Source of the DNA: an uncultured Clostridia bacterium
Lineage (GTDB): Bacteria; Bacillota; Clostridia; Oscillospirales; CAG-272
Length of the DNA: 64,000 bases
Assembly: GCA_944381085.1 (NCBI GenBank)
Contig: CALWJX010000004.1
Coordinates: 27,136 to 91,135 of the forward strand
Direction: 5' to 3'
Below, in pieces: positions 37,766-46,432 of this stretch (the first letter of the stretch is position 1; each line of letters begins with the position of its first letter). A model generated the notes under the pieces. That model did not search any database. It was not told where the DNA came from and saw only the letters and a program-made list of their open reading frames with translations. The translations under genes and the position numbers were made by a program.

Positions 37766-38048
37766 TGAAATGCCGAAAATGGAATTCCTGCGCTTCCGGC
37801 GCCTTACAGAAGGGTTCCCCCTCCTCCGCCGTGCCGCCTTTTGAAAAAGATTGGCGAAAGCTTTCCGTCATTTTGACAGCGCTATTTACCTCTGTCAGCA
37901 ATTCCCGATAAAATTTCCGACGTGAAATATACTGATTTATCCCTGAAAATAAAGCTCTACGCTCCGCATATACCCCGAAAGTCTACGTTTCGTATGTGTT
38001 TTTCGACGCAAAAAGAATGTATAATATGAGCAGAAAGGAGGACAGTCG

Positions 38049-38657
38049 ATGGACCAAATCAAAACCGGAAAATTTATAGCCGAGATGAGGAAGGAACAAA
38101 ACCTCACTCAAAGGCAGCTTGCGGACCTGTTGTCTATCAGCGACAAAACAGTCTCAAAATGGGAATGCGGAAAAGGAATGCCGGATGTCTCCCTTATGCT
38201 GCCGCTGTGCGAAATACTTCACATAACCGTCAACGATCTGCTCACCGGCAAAAGGGTCTTTGAAAACGAATACCAAAACAAAGCGGAGGAAAACATGATG
38301 AATCTGTTAAAGGAAAACTCGGAAAACAAGAAAAAAACCGCGCTATCCGTAATATGCGGTTTTATAACCATAATAGCGGTAATAAGCCTGATTATTATTG
38401 CTTCCCTCATTGATATGCCGACCGCGGCAAGGGTCGCGATAATAATCCTTGCAATTATCACGGGTATATCCGGAATTGCCGTTACCGTTCTGTTGGATAT
38501 CGAAGGAGGATACTACGAGTGTCCGTACTGTAAAAGCCTGTTTGTGCCCACCGTCGGCGAATACGTAAAAGGTTACCATACCCTGACAAAGCGCAGACTC
38601 ACATGCCACAAATGCGGAAAAACCGGAATGTGCCGGAGACGTATAGTAAGAAAATAG
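38049..38657 (+). CDS. XRE-family HTH protein with two TM helices and a C-terminal zinc ribbon
   Basis: N-terminal HTH (LTQRQLADLLSISDKTVSKWECGKGMPD), a central hydrophobic stretch, and C-terminal CPYC...CHKCG. The gene ends in TAG. Confidence 0.75.
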   Translation: MDQIKTGKFIAEMRKEQNLTQRQLADLLSISDKTVSKWECGKGMPDVSLMLPLCEILHITVNDLLTGKRVFENEYQNKAEENMMNLLKENSENKKKTALSVICGFITIIAVISLIIIASLIDMPTAARVAIIILAIITGISGIAVTVLLDIEGGYYECPYCKSLFVPTVGEYVKGYHTLTKRRLTCHKCGKTGMCRRRIVRK

Positions 38658-38852
38658 TTGCCTTACGGGAAGAACTCTCCGATAAAAGATGTCTGAACTT
38701 TTCTAAACACAATTCTCTTTGTGCAACCATGTAAAATGAACGGCTGTACCGGAAAGTTTTGTTTCTTCAAGAGCATGAATAATTTCGCAGTCTCGACCCG
38801 CAATTGAGCAATTTTTGTTATTATAAAGCGCTATCCCTTGTTTTCATTCTGA

Positions 38853-38878
38853 GCCCTCTTAAACAGAGGGCTTTTTTT
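38853..38878 (+). terminator. Rho-independent terminator
   Basis: GCCCTCT (38853-38859) pairs with AGAGGGC (38865-38871), followed by TTTTTTT. It lies about 195 nt past the stop of the HTH gene. Confidence 0.65.
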
Positions 38879-39081
38879 CAGTTGTTTTTCCATTATTTTA
38901 ATCAAAATCTTTACGAAATATAAACTGCCGCGATCCTCGTACCGCCATAAGTATATCAAACGAGCCATTACCTCCTGTATTCATTTGGAAATACCTCTAA
39001 ATCGGACTTGCGTTCCCCGACTTTTCATGGTAAAATATATAGTGTAGGCTTGATACAAACCGTGACGATAGCCCGTAAGCT

Positions 39082-40758
39082 TTACCGGCATTTCGTGCAG
39101 TCATATTCGGACGCCTGTTCATGCACCACCGACTCATAAAGCCGCCATCCACCCGCAAGGTTATAACAGTCATATCCGTTCTGAGACAAAATACGGCACG
39201 CAATATAGCTTCGCTGCCCGCTGTGGCAATTCACATACACCGGTTTGTCCTTGGGTATCATCGCGAGATTAAATCTCAGCTTGTCAAGCGGAATATGAAT
39301 CGCGCCGTCTATCTTTCCGCGCAAGACCTCGGTCTGCGTGCGCACATCCAGAAGCGTCGCACCCGAATCCTTTTTAAGCCTTTCCACATCATGCCAGAAA
39401 TATTGCTTTACTTTGCCGGTAATAATATTTTCCGCCACAAAGCCGAGCATATTCACAGGGTCTTTGGCGCTTGAAAAAGGCGGAGCGTAACACAGCTCAA
39501 GCGAGGCAAGATCCGTTATCTTTGCCCCGAATCTGATTGCCGAGGCGATGACGTCAAGCCTTTTGTCCACGCCTTCAAACCCTACTATCTGCGCGCCGAG
39601 TATTTTCCCGGTCTTTTTCTCCCACAAAGCCTTTATTGACATGTTCTTCGCTCCGGGATAGTAAGAGGCGTGCGAACCCGAATAAATGTATGTCTTATCA
39701 TAATCCAAGCCGCCTGCAACCGCGGACTTTTCATTGCATCCGGTAGTGGCGACCGTCATATCGAAAAGCTTCAAAACCGCCGAGCCTTGGGTCCCCTCAT
39801 ACTCGGAAGGAATGTTGCATATATTGTCGGCGGCTATCCTGCCCTGCTTATTGGCGGGTCCCGCCAAAGGAATAAACGCGGGCTTCCGGGTGACAAAATC
39901 GACCACCTCGACCGCGTCGCCCACCGCGTATATATCCTTGATGTCGGTCTGCATATGCGTATTGACCACAATGCACCCTCTGCCGTTCAGGGAAATTCCG
40001 CAGTCCTTGGCAAGCTGAGAATCCGGACGCACTCCGACCGACATTATCAGCATATCGGCGCATATACTTCCCTTTTGCAGTTCGACGGTAAGCCTGCCGT
40101 TATCCGAAATGCTCTGCACACCGTTGTTCAGCACAAGCTTTATACCCTTATCTTTTATATACCGATGCACATCCGCCGCCATATCAAAGTCAAGCGGCGC
40201 TATAAGGTGGTCGGAAAGTTCCACTACGGTCACGTCAAGCCCCGCTTTTTTCAGATTTTCCGCCATTTCAACGCCGATATATCCTCCGCCGACCACTATC
40301 GCGGAGGCGGGATGTTTTTTCTCAATATATGTCTTGATCCTGTCGGTGTCCGGAATATTGCGGAGGGTAAATACTTTGTCGCTCTCCATGCCCTTTATAT
40401 TCGGACGTATCGGAGAAGCTCCGGGCGACAATATAAGCTTATCATAGCTTTCCTCATACACTCTGCCCGTTTCGAGTTCTTTTACCGTTACCGTCTTTTT
40501 GTCGGGATTTATTGCCCGGGCTTCATTCTTCACTCTCACATCTGTATTAAATCTCGACTTAAAGCTTTGCGGGGTCTGAAGTGTAAGCTGATCTCTGTCC
40601 TTTATCTCACCGCCTATATAATACGGAAGACCGCAATTGGCAAACGAGACATATTCCCCTCTTTCAAGAATGACGATCTGCATATGCTCGTCAAGTCTGC
40701 GCAGTCTTGCCGCGGCGGACGCGCCCCCCGCGACGCCGCCTATTATTACTGTTTTCAT
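39082..40758 (-). CDS. CoA-disulfide reductase / NADH oxidase-family flavoprotein with a C-terminal rhodanese domain
   Basis: GGVAGGASAA FAD motif, redox Cys in SFANCGLPYY, NAD motif VVGGGYIGVE, and a rhodanese active-site loop VNCHSGQRS. The likely start is ATG 40758 (MKTVIIGG). Confidence 0.9.
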   Translation of the reverse strand: MKTVIIGGVAGGASAAARLRRLDEHMQIVILERGEYVSFANCGLPYYIGGEIKDRDQLTLQTPQSFKSRFNTDVRVKNEARAINPDKKTVTVKELETGRVYEESYDKLILSPGASPIRPNIKGMESDKVFTLRNIPDTDRIKTYIEKKHPASAIVVGGGYIGVEMAENLKKAGLDVTVVELSDHLIAPLDFDMAADVHRYIKDKGIKLVLNNGVQSISDNGRLTVELQKGSICADMLIMSVGVRPDSQLAKDCGISLNGRGCIVVNTHMQTDIKDIYAVGDAVEVVDFVTRKPAFIPLAGPANKQGRIAADNICNIPSEYEGTQGSAVLKLFDMTVATTGCNEKSAVAGGLDYDKTYIYSGSHASYYPGAKNMSIKALWEKKTGKILGAQIVGFEGVDKRLDVIASAIRFGAKITDLASLELCYAPPFSSAKDPVNMLGFVAENIITGKVKQYFWHDVERLKKDSGATLLDVRTQTEVLRGKIDGAIHIPLDKLRFNLAMIPKDKPVYVNCHSGQRSYIACRILSQNGYDCYNLAGGWRLYESVVHEQASEYDCTKCR

Positions 40759-40833
40759 TTTATTCCGCCTTTCTGTCCACACCTCATGTGACGGACAATT
40801 TTTCAGATTTTTTACAACATTAAATCAATACAA

Positions 40834-41571
40834 ATGAGGTCAGGTATGTTAAAAAAAGAAATAAACGATTTGTTCTCACAGCACTTTCCGTTCTGGTCAA
40901 AGCTGTCTCAATCCGACCGCGAAAAAATGGCGGAAAGCTCCAAAGAAATTCACTATAAAAAAGGAGACACCATACATGACGGAAACGAATGTACGGGAGT
41001 TATATTTGTAAAATCGGGATGCTTGCGCCTGTATATGCTGTCCGAGGACGGCAAAGAAATTACTCTGTACCGTCTTTCTGCGGGAGATATATGTATGCTA
41101 TCCGCCTCTTGCGTAATTCGCAGCATAACCTTTGACGTCGTAGTTGACGCTGAAAACGACAGCGACTGCATAATTATCGGCGGGCATACTTTTGAAAATA
41201 TTTCCTCCCGTGTGCCGGAAGTGAAAATTTACGCGCTGGAAAGCGCCGTCAGCCGTTTATCTGACGTCATTTAGGTCATGCAGCAGATTCGTTTCATGAG
41301 CATTGACCGACGGCCCGCGATATTTTTACTCGACGAAATATCAAAAAACAACACCGACACAATAAAACTCACTCACGAGCAGATAGCCAAATACATAGGC
41401 TCCGCCCGTGAAGTGGTCACAAGAATGCTGAAATATTTTTCCTCTGAGGGAATATTGGAATCCTCAAGAAGCGACGGCATTAAAATACTTGATAAAAACT
41501 GTTTGCGCAACTTAGCCCTTAATAAGGGATACAATCTGAGACTTCGGTCTGAATCCGACAAGCTGCCCTGA
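40834..41571 (+). pseudogene. Crp/Fnr family transcriptional regulator interrupted by one in-frame TAG (41272-41274)
   Basis: The ORFs 40834-41274 (cNMP-binding domain) and 41278-41571 (HTH: HEQIAKYIGSAREVVTRMLKYF) share a reading frame. Only TAG separates ..SRLSDVI from VMQQIRFMSIDRR.., and together they give a normal length of about 244 aa. Confidence 0.8.
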
Positions 41572-41820
41572 AACCTTTCCGTCTTTGATCGCGACAAGCA
41601 TGGGTATGCTTACAACTCCAAACGCGCTCGCAAGCTCGGGTTCGTCATCCACATTAACCTTCCCTACAACACAGTCGGGATTTTCCTCCGCGATCTCCTC
41701 AACAATCGGGGATACCATGCGGCAAGGACCGCACCAATCCGCGTAAAAGTCGATGAGCACCGGCTTTTCGCCGTTCAGTACCGATTTGAAATTATTCTTG
41801 TTTAAACTGATTACAGACAT
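41512..41820 (-). CDS. trxA: thioredoxin
   Basis: WCGPC active site. Typical length of 102 aa. Confidence 0.92.
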   Translation of the reverse strand: MSVISLNKNNFKSVLNGEKPVLIDFYADWCGPCRMVSPIVEEIAEENPDCVVGKVNVDDEPELASAFGVVSIPMLVAIKDGKVSGQLVGFRPKSQIVSLIKG

Positions 41821-41888
41821 GATTTATTTCCTCCGTTTATATTTAAAAATTTACTTATATAATAATTTGCATAACCCGACCGTAAGTA

Positions 41889-42095
41889 TCAGCCTTTTTC
41901 CTTATAATAAAGCATACAGTGGCAATAGCCTTCAAATTCGGGGTCGGCAATCTGTTCTCTGAATTCCTTGCAGATACACTTATATTCTTCGGTACGCGGA
42001 ATCCTGCAGGGACAATAACCGCCCTTGGCTTTCAAGCCTTCTTTTATTTTGGCGACGACCTCTTTGTCGTCATTAAGTCTGACTTTTGGGTTCAT
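41889..42095 (-). CDS. ferredoxin-thioredoxin reductase catalytic-subunit-like protein
   Basis: A 68-aa protein with the CPC...CIC...CHC cysteine pattern characteristic of the FTR catalytic domain. Confidence 0.7.
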   Translation of the reverse strand: MNPKVRLNDDKEVVAKIKEGLKAKGGYCPCRIPRTEEYKCICKEFREQIADPEFEGYCHCMLYYKEKG

Positions 42096-42195
42096 AATAT
42101 CCTCTCCTTAAAAATATTAATTAATGCTCTCCGAGCAAATTCCATAAGCATCGCCCTATATACTTTGCCCTTTTAAAGCGCTGTACGGAGAAAGG

Positions 42196-42804
42196 CTATA
42201 ATTGATTTCCGCTGTCAATAAAGTCAACAAAATCATTTGAGCTTTTCTCAATGTACAATTTGCTTAAAAGCGAAGACAGTGTATGTATATAAAAACCGTT
42301 CACCGTTTGCCCTCTGCCGACAACAGATTCTTTTTTGTCCCGACCGATAAGCCTGACTTCATAACAGGTGGGGTTTATAAGCAGTATCGGTTTGTAATCC
42401 TTGACATACCACTCTTCCCGAAACTTATACCGGAAATCAAAATCCGGCAATGTTTTGAATTTGGAATCCACCGGTATTTTTCCCATGGACATACCCGACG
42501 CAAAGGCGACAAAGCCGCGTATGAAATAATGCCCGTTGTATGTGAAGCACAGAATCGTATGGCGCCGTTTCATTGCCCACAGCTTAACCGAATACACGGT
42601 ATCTCCACTTTCAATATAGAAATCACAATTGCCGCCGTTTTTGCCGCCGAGACACCAAAGTAAATGTGTTCCGACAAAATTCAAATTATTTTCGACGCAG
42701 AATTTCCTGATCTTTGCCGACAAAATCAGTCTTTTTACAAGTATTCTGCCAAACGGAATCAAAACGATGACCGGTATTATTGCGAAAATGAATATCCAAT
42801 ACAT
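42196..42804 (-). CDS. hypothetical N-terminally membrane-anchored protein
   Basis: One N-terminal TM helix (MYWIFIFAIIPVIVLIPF) followed by a soluble domain of about 170 aa. I recognise no family. Confidence 0.5.
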   Translation of the reverse strand: MYWIFIFAIIPVIVLIPFGRILVKRLILSAKIRKFCVENNLNFVGTHLLWCLGGKNGGNCDFYIESGDTVYSVKLWAMKRRHTILCFTYNGHYFIRGFVAFASGMSMGKIPVDSKFKTLPDFDFRYKFREEWYVKDYKPILLINPTCYEVRLIGRDKKESVVGRGQTVNGFYIHTLSSLLSKLYIEKSSNDFVDFIDSGNQL

Positions 42805-43013
42805 AATTTTACCGCCTTTGTTGCCATATTCCCAAAGACAATTTTACCATAAAGTCAGATAAAAATCAATATATTGAAAAAGATTTCCTCAGTCTGAATA
42901 TCGGTGGAATGCGCGTATATAAAACCGTCGGCAAGCCTGCGGCATACTGACTGCGCTTTATTCAATTGCCGTATACATTATACCTCTTCTTCGGATTTAT
43001 TTCTGTGATTAAA

Positions 43014-43028
43014 TCACAATAAAGCACA
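43014..43028. promoter_or_regulatory. perfect 15-bp palindrome TGTGATTAAATCACA (candidate operator)
   Basis: Read directly from the sequence. It lies in the divergent intergenic region about 80 bp upstream of the predicted -35 box of the XRE/sigma operon. Its half-sites resemble CRP-family TGTGA/TCACA, but the spacing is N5. Confidence 0.4.
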
Positions 43029-43107
43029 TTTTTAAAAATTTTTTACAAAGTCCGTTTCTGTCCAACCCGCAGTTGGAAAAATGAGACTGTGTAAAACCAA
43101 TGCGTTA

Positions 43108-43136
43108 TTGCTTTGGTTTTTAAGTTTATGTATAAT
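43108..43136 (+). promoter_or_regulatory. SigA-type promoter for the XRE-sigma operon
   Basis: TTGCTT (43108-43113), a 17-nt spacer, then TATAAT (43131-43136). Confidence 0.55.
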
Positions 43137-43171
43137 ATAACTGTAGTTTTAAACTTAAAACGAAAGGAGTT

Positions 43172-43969
43172 ATGCAAATGTCAGCATTTAAACTTAAACT
43201 TAATGAACAAATCGCACTATTAAGAAAGCAAAAAGACCTTACACAGGAAAATCTTGCAAACCTTTTGGGCGTGACCAATCAGACTGTATCCAAATGGGAA
43301 TCGGCACAATGCTGTCCCGATATTCAGCTTTTGCCGAAAATAGCAAAAATTTTCAATGTTACTGTAGACGAACTTCTCGGATATACTCTCTCGTCAGCGT
43401 CAGACGATATTTTTTCCACCCTGCGCAAAAAAATCGGCACTCTGCCCGAAGGCGAAGATTTTGATTTTGCCTTGCGGGCAGCTGCGGAATTACACACTTC
43501 TATAATAACCAAATATATGACCCCAGAACCAACAAACAAAAATCGGGATACCGGTGAAGCAATAAAGCCCCCGGAAAAAAACTCTTATGGCTACTCATGT
43601 TTAAGCATACCCGAAATTACAACAACCATGCGGCACGGGACAGTATTTTTCTCGGACAATAAGGACCTGAATTTGACGAACACAAATATAGGACGTATTG
43701 CTTCAATACTAAAGCCGTTTTGTGATGTCAACAATCTTAAAATCGCATCCGCTCTTTACCGGTTGACCGTTCATTCCGAGAACTTATATGCGACCGCGGC
43801 GCAAATAAGCGAGAAATCCGAGAAACCGGTCGAAAAGGTAACAAACTGTCTTTCAGAAGAATTGGCGTCATTTATTTTGGAAAAGAAAAGCGAAAAAGAG
43901 ACTGCTTATCGCTTTGACGGCATGTATATGAACATCCTGCCAATCATCGCGCTTTTGGATTATAAATAA
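43172..43969 (+). CDS. XRE-family HTH transcriptional regulator with an unassigned C-terminal domain of about 190 aa
   Basis: N-terminal HTH (LTQENLANLLGVTNQTVSKWESAQCCPD). Confidence 0.75.
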   Translation: MQMSAFKLKLNEQIALLRKQKDLTQENLANLLGVTNQTVSKWESAQCCPDIQLLPKIAKIFNVTVDELLGYTLSSASDDIFSTLRKKIGTLPEGEDFDFALRAAAELHTSIITKYMTPEPTNKNRDTGEAIKPPEKNSYGYSCLSIPEITTTMRHGTVFFSDNKDLNLTNTNIGRIASILKPFCDVNNLKIASALYRLTVHSENLYATAAQISEKSEKPVEKVTNCLSEELASFILEKKSEKETAYRFDGMYMNILPIIALLDYK

Positions 43970-44014
43970 TCTTCGGATTTTTGCCAACCTTTTTTCAATT
44001 AAGTGTCTATATAA

Positions 44015-45709
44015 GTGAAAGCTTTCAAAAGGAGAAAACAAGTGAACAGAACAGATGCGGAGAAAATAATCAATGAATATCTGAAGCCTATATTCGGTTT
44101 TGCGCTTAAGCGGTGCAAAAATATACAGGACGCGGAAGACCTGTCGCAGGAGATAATATTGCGCGCCTACCGGGCACTGATTATTAAGGACGATATTTCG
44201 GACGTAAGTAACGTAAGTAAATTCATCTGGACAGTAGCGCACAATGCGCTGAGCAACTATTACCGCGATTCCGCAAAAAGCCTTGTAGGCGTGTCAATCG
44301 ACGAGGTCGCTGACCTGATAGCCGACCCGTATTCAGAGTCCGATATTTCCGAGCGCACGGAATCTGTCCGCCGGTTGCAAAGCGAAATAGCGTATCTGTC
44401 CAAACTGCAAAGAAAAATAATAATCGCGTATTATTTTGAAAACCGAAAGCAGGCGGATATTGCCTCGGAGCTTAAAATTCCGCTCGGAACTGTCAAATGG
44501 CACTTGTTTGAAGCCAAAAAAGAATTGAAAAGAGGTATGGATACCATGAGAAAAACAAGTGAACTCAAATTTAATCCCATAAAATTTCATTCATTTGGGA
44601 TAAACGGATCTGTGGGTACAAAATCTCCCCAAGACCTTTTTTGCGGCTTGCTATCGCAAAACATCTGCTATTGCATTTTACGCCAAGCAAAGACAATCTC
44701 AGAAATAGCCGACGACCTAGGCGTTTCTCCCGTTTACGTGGAAAGCGAAGCCGAACTGCTTGAGGAATACGGACTTTTGAAAAAACAAAAAGACAAGTAC
44801 ATTATTAACTTTATTATCACCGAACCCACCGCCGAGCTTTTGACAATGCAGGACAATATGTACAAGCGCGCCGCAAAATTGTTTGCCAATGACCTGTACG
44901 ACGAATTGATTTCCTCGAAAATTCTTGATGACCCGGATATTATCTGCGCTCAGACAGACGGACAGATTACAATGACCTCACCAGACCGCGCGGATACAAA
45001 CTTCATATTATGGTCGCTTATCCCGTTTATCGCCGCGCAGTCGGATGAAAAAAAGAACAATACAATCTCATTTGAGGAAGTAGCCACTATACGCCCCGAC
45101 GGTGGGCACAACATTGTCCACGCGTCGGTAATTCCCGACAATATCTCTTTGCCCTCGGACTATGTCTATATGAAAAACTTCTGCGGTCCGATGTGGAATG
45201 CAAATAACGGCTATATTCTTTGGCAACTCAACACCGAATGGTCGGACCGTGAACCCATAACCGCACGGTATTCAGAGGATGCCTTACGCGTAATCTCGGA
45301 TTTTATATCCGAAGAAGGCGCGACACCGTTCTCAATGGACGAATACGCATGGCTTTCCGAAAAAGGCTATGTAAAGACCTGCGGAAACGACCATGGATTC
45401 AAGGCTTCCTGGCAGCCGGTAATTCTCGGCAGCAAGGACATTCGGAACAGGTTGATTGAAATCGGAGCAAAAATCAAGGAAAAGCATGAGGACGAATTAA
45501 ACTCTCTCAAAATGCCGTATGAGGAAGCCTTACTTAAAACCCTTCCGGAACATCTGAAAAGGACAAAGGAATACGAGCTGCAATTCTTATTCGGGTCTGA
45601 CGGATGGTTTTTACTCCATTGCATAAAGACACTGCAAAATAACGGAAAACTGAAAAATCCGACAAACGGACAGAGAAAGATTCTTTCAACTGTAATTGCC
45701 TGCACGTAA
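44015..45709 (+). CDS. sigma-70 family (ECF-like) sigma factor fused to a C-terminal extension of about 380 aa
   Basis: Region 2 (DAEDLSQEIILRAYRAL) and region 4 (RKIIIAYYFENRKQADIASELKIPLGTVKWHLFEAKKELKRG) are present. The long extension contains a winged-helix-like segment (AKTISEIADDLGVSPVYVESEAELLEEYGLL). Confidence 0.7.
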   Translation: MKAFKRRKQVNRTDAEKIINEYLKPIFGFALKRCKNIQDAEDLSQEIILRAYRALIIKDDISDVSNVSKFIWTVAHNALSNYYRDSAKSLVGVSIDEVADLIADPYSESDISERTESVRRLQSEIAYLSKLQRKIIIAYYFENRKQADIASELKIPLGTVKWHLFEAKKELKRGMDTMRKTSELKFNPIKFHSFGINGSVGTKSPQDLFCGLLSQNICYCILRQAKTISEIADDLGVSPVYVESEAELLEEYGLLKKQKDKYIINFIITEPTAELLTMQDNMYKRAAKLFANDLYDELISSKILDDPDIICAQTDGQITMTSPDRADTNFILWSLIPFIAAQSDEKKNNTISFEEVATIRPDGGHNIVHASVIPDNISLPSDYVYMKNFCGPMWNANNGYILWQLNTEWSDREPITARYSEDALRVISDFISEEGATPFSMDEYAWLSEKGYVKTCGNDHGFKASWQPVILGSKDIRNRLIEIGAKIKEKHEDELNSLKMPYEEALLKTLPEHLKRTKEYELQFLFGSDGWFLLHCIKTLQNNGKLKNPTNGQRKILSTVIACT

Positions 45710-45810
45710 ATTTAAAGCTCTTAGCAAGCGTTTAAATTTATCCTTTGACAGGTAATTGACAGGCGATTGATTTCATTTCTATAAAAAACCGCAAAAAATC
45801 GGAATATTAA

Positions 45811-45845
45811 ACAGGGCAGACTCCTTGGGGTCTGCCCTGTTTTCC
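45811..45845 (+). terminator. stem-loop terminator between convergent genes
   Basis: ACAGGGCAGAC (45811-45821) pairs with GTCTGCCCTGT (45830-45840), followed by TTTC. The U-tract is short. Confidence 0.5.
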
Positions 45846-45891
45846 GTGTCCGTATTTTAAACAACCATAGTAAAACTCAATAATATTTACG

Positions 45892-46419
45892 TCAGGAAAC
45901 ATTTTTGCTTTTTTTAAATACAAATACCTTGCTGAGTATATAATTGGTCACAACCACTATTACGGAAACTATAAGCTTTGAGATAAACTCCGCGTTGATA
46001 TGCAGCACGGTAAAGCCGAGATTGAACGGAAAATCCGCGCCGTTCATCAGCTTGTCAAGCAGTCTTACTCCCACATATGTCAATCCGTAATCGAGGAAAA
46101 AGGTCGCCACTCTGCCCCCGGCAAAAATCCCTAACTGTTTTATTACCGGGATACTTTTGTCGCTCTCGGTAAATACCCATTTTTTGTTTGTAATAAAGGC
46201 AAATATAACGCCGCTTAACCACTGCAGTACCTGAGCTGTACTGTAGACCGCGATATAAACGCCGCTTTTTTTATCGGCAAGGGAGAACCCGAATACTTTT
46301 TCACTGACAACAAAAGTCAGATAATAGGTCGCCAGAGACACCACTGTTGTAAAAGCTCCGAAGGCAAGATACAGTATTACTTCCCTGTGTTTTTTATAAA
46401 ATTCCTTAAGCTTTGACAT
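45892..46419 (-). CDS. GtrA family membrane protein
   Basis: Four TM helices with a typical N-terminus (LYLAFGAFTTVVSLATYY) and C-terminus (NYILSKVFVFKK). Confidence 0.75.
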   Translation of the reverse strand: MSKLKEFYKKHREVILYLAFGAFTTVVSLATYYLTFVVSEKVFGFSLADKKSGVYIAVYSTAQVLQWLSGVIFAFITNKKWVFTESDKSIPVIKQLGIFAGGRVATFFLDYGLTYVGVRLLDKLMNGADFPFNLGFTVLHINAEFISKLIVSVIVVVTNYILSKVFVFKKSKNVS

Positions 46420-46432
46420 TCAATCTTTCCAA

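Noticed and set aside
38658-38850. Possible gene remnant on the minus strand (open frame ..IAGRDCEIIHALEETKLSGTAVHFTWLHKENCV*)
   Set aside because: It has only 46 codons, no start codon and no family I can name, so the evidence is too weak to annotate.
39670-40791. 373-aa plus-strand ORF, the longest unassigned ORF in the track
   Set aside because: It is fully antisense to the CoADR-rhodanese gene, which has unambiguous FAD, NAD, redox-Cys and rhodanese motifs. The plus-strand product is Arg/Ile/His-rich with no recognisable motif.
40759-40833. A CRP/FNR-type operator in the CoADR / Crp-Fnr divergent spacer (TGTGACGG...)
   Set aside because: Only one TGTGA half-site is present, with no matching TCACA partner at N6 spacing.
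41272-41274. The in-frame TAG in the Crp/Fnr gene as pyrrolysine or another recoding event
   Set aside because: TAG acts as a normal terminator for at least two other genes here (4321-4323 and 38655-38657). No pyl genes or PYLIS-like context are visible. A single TGG to TAG transition explains it.
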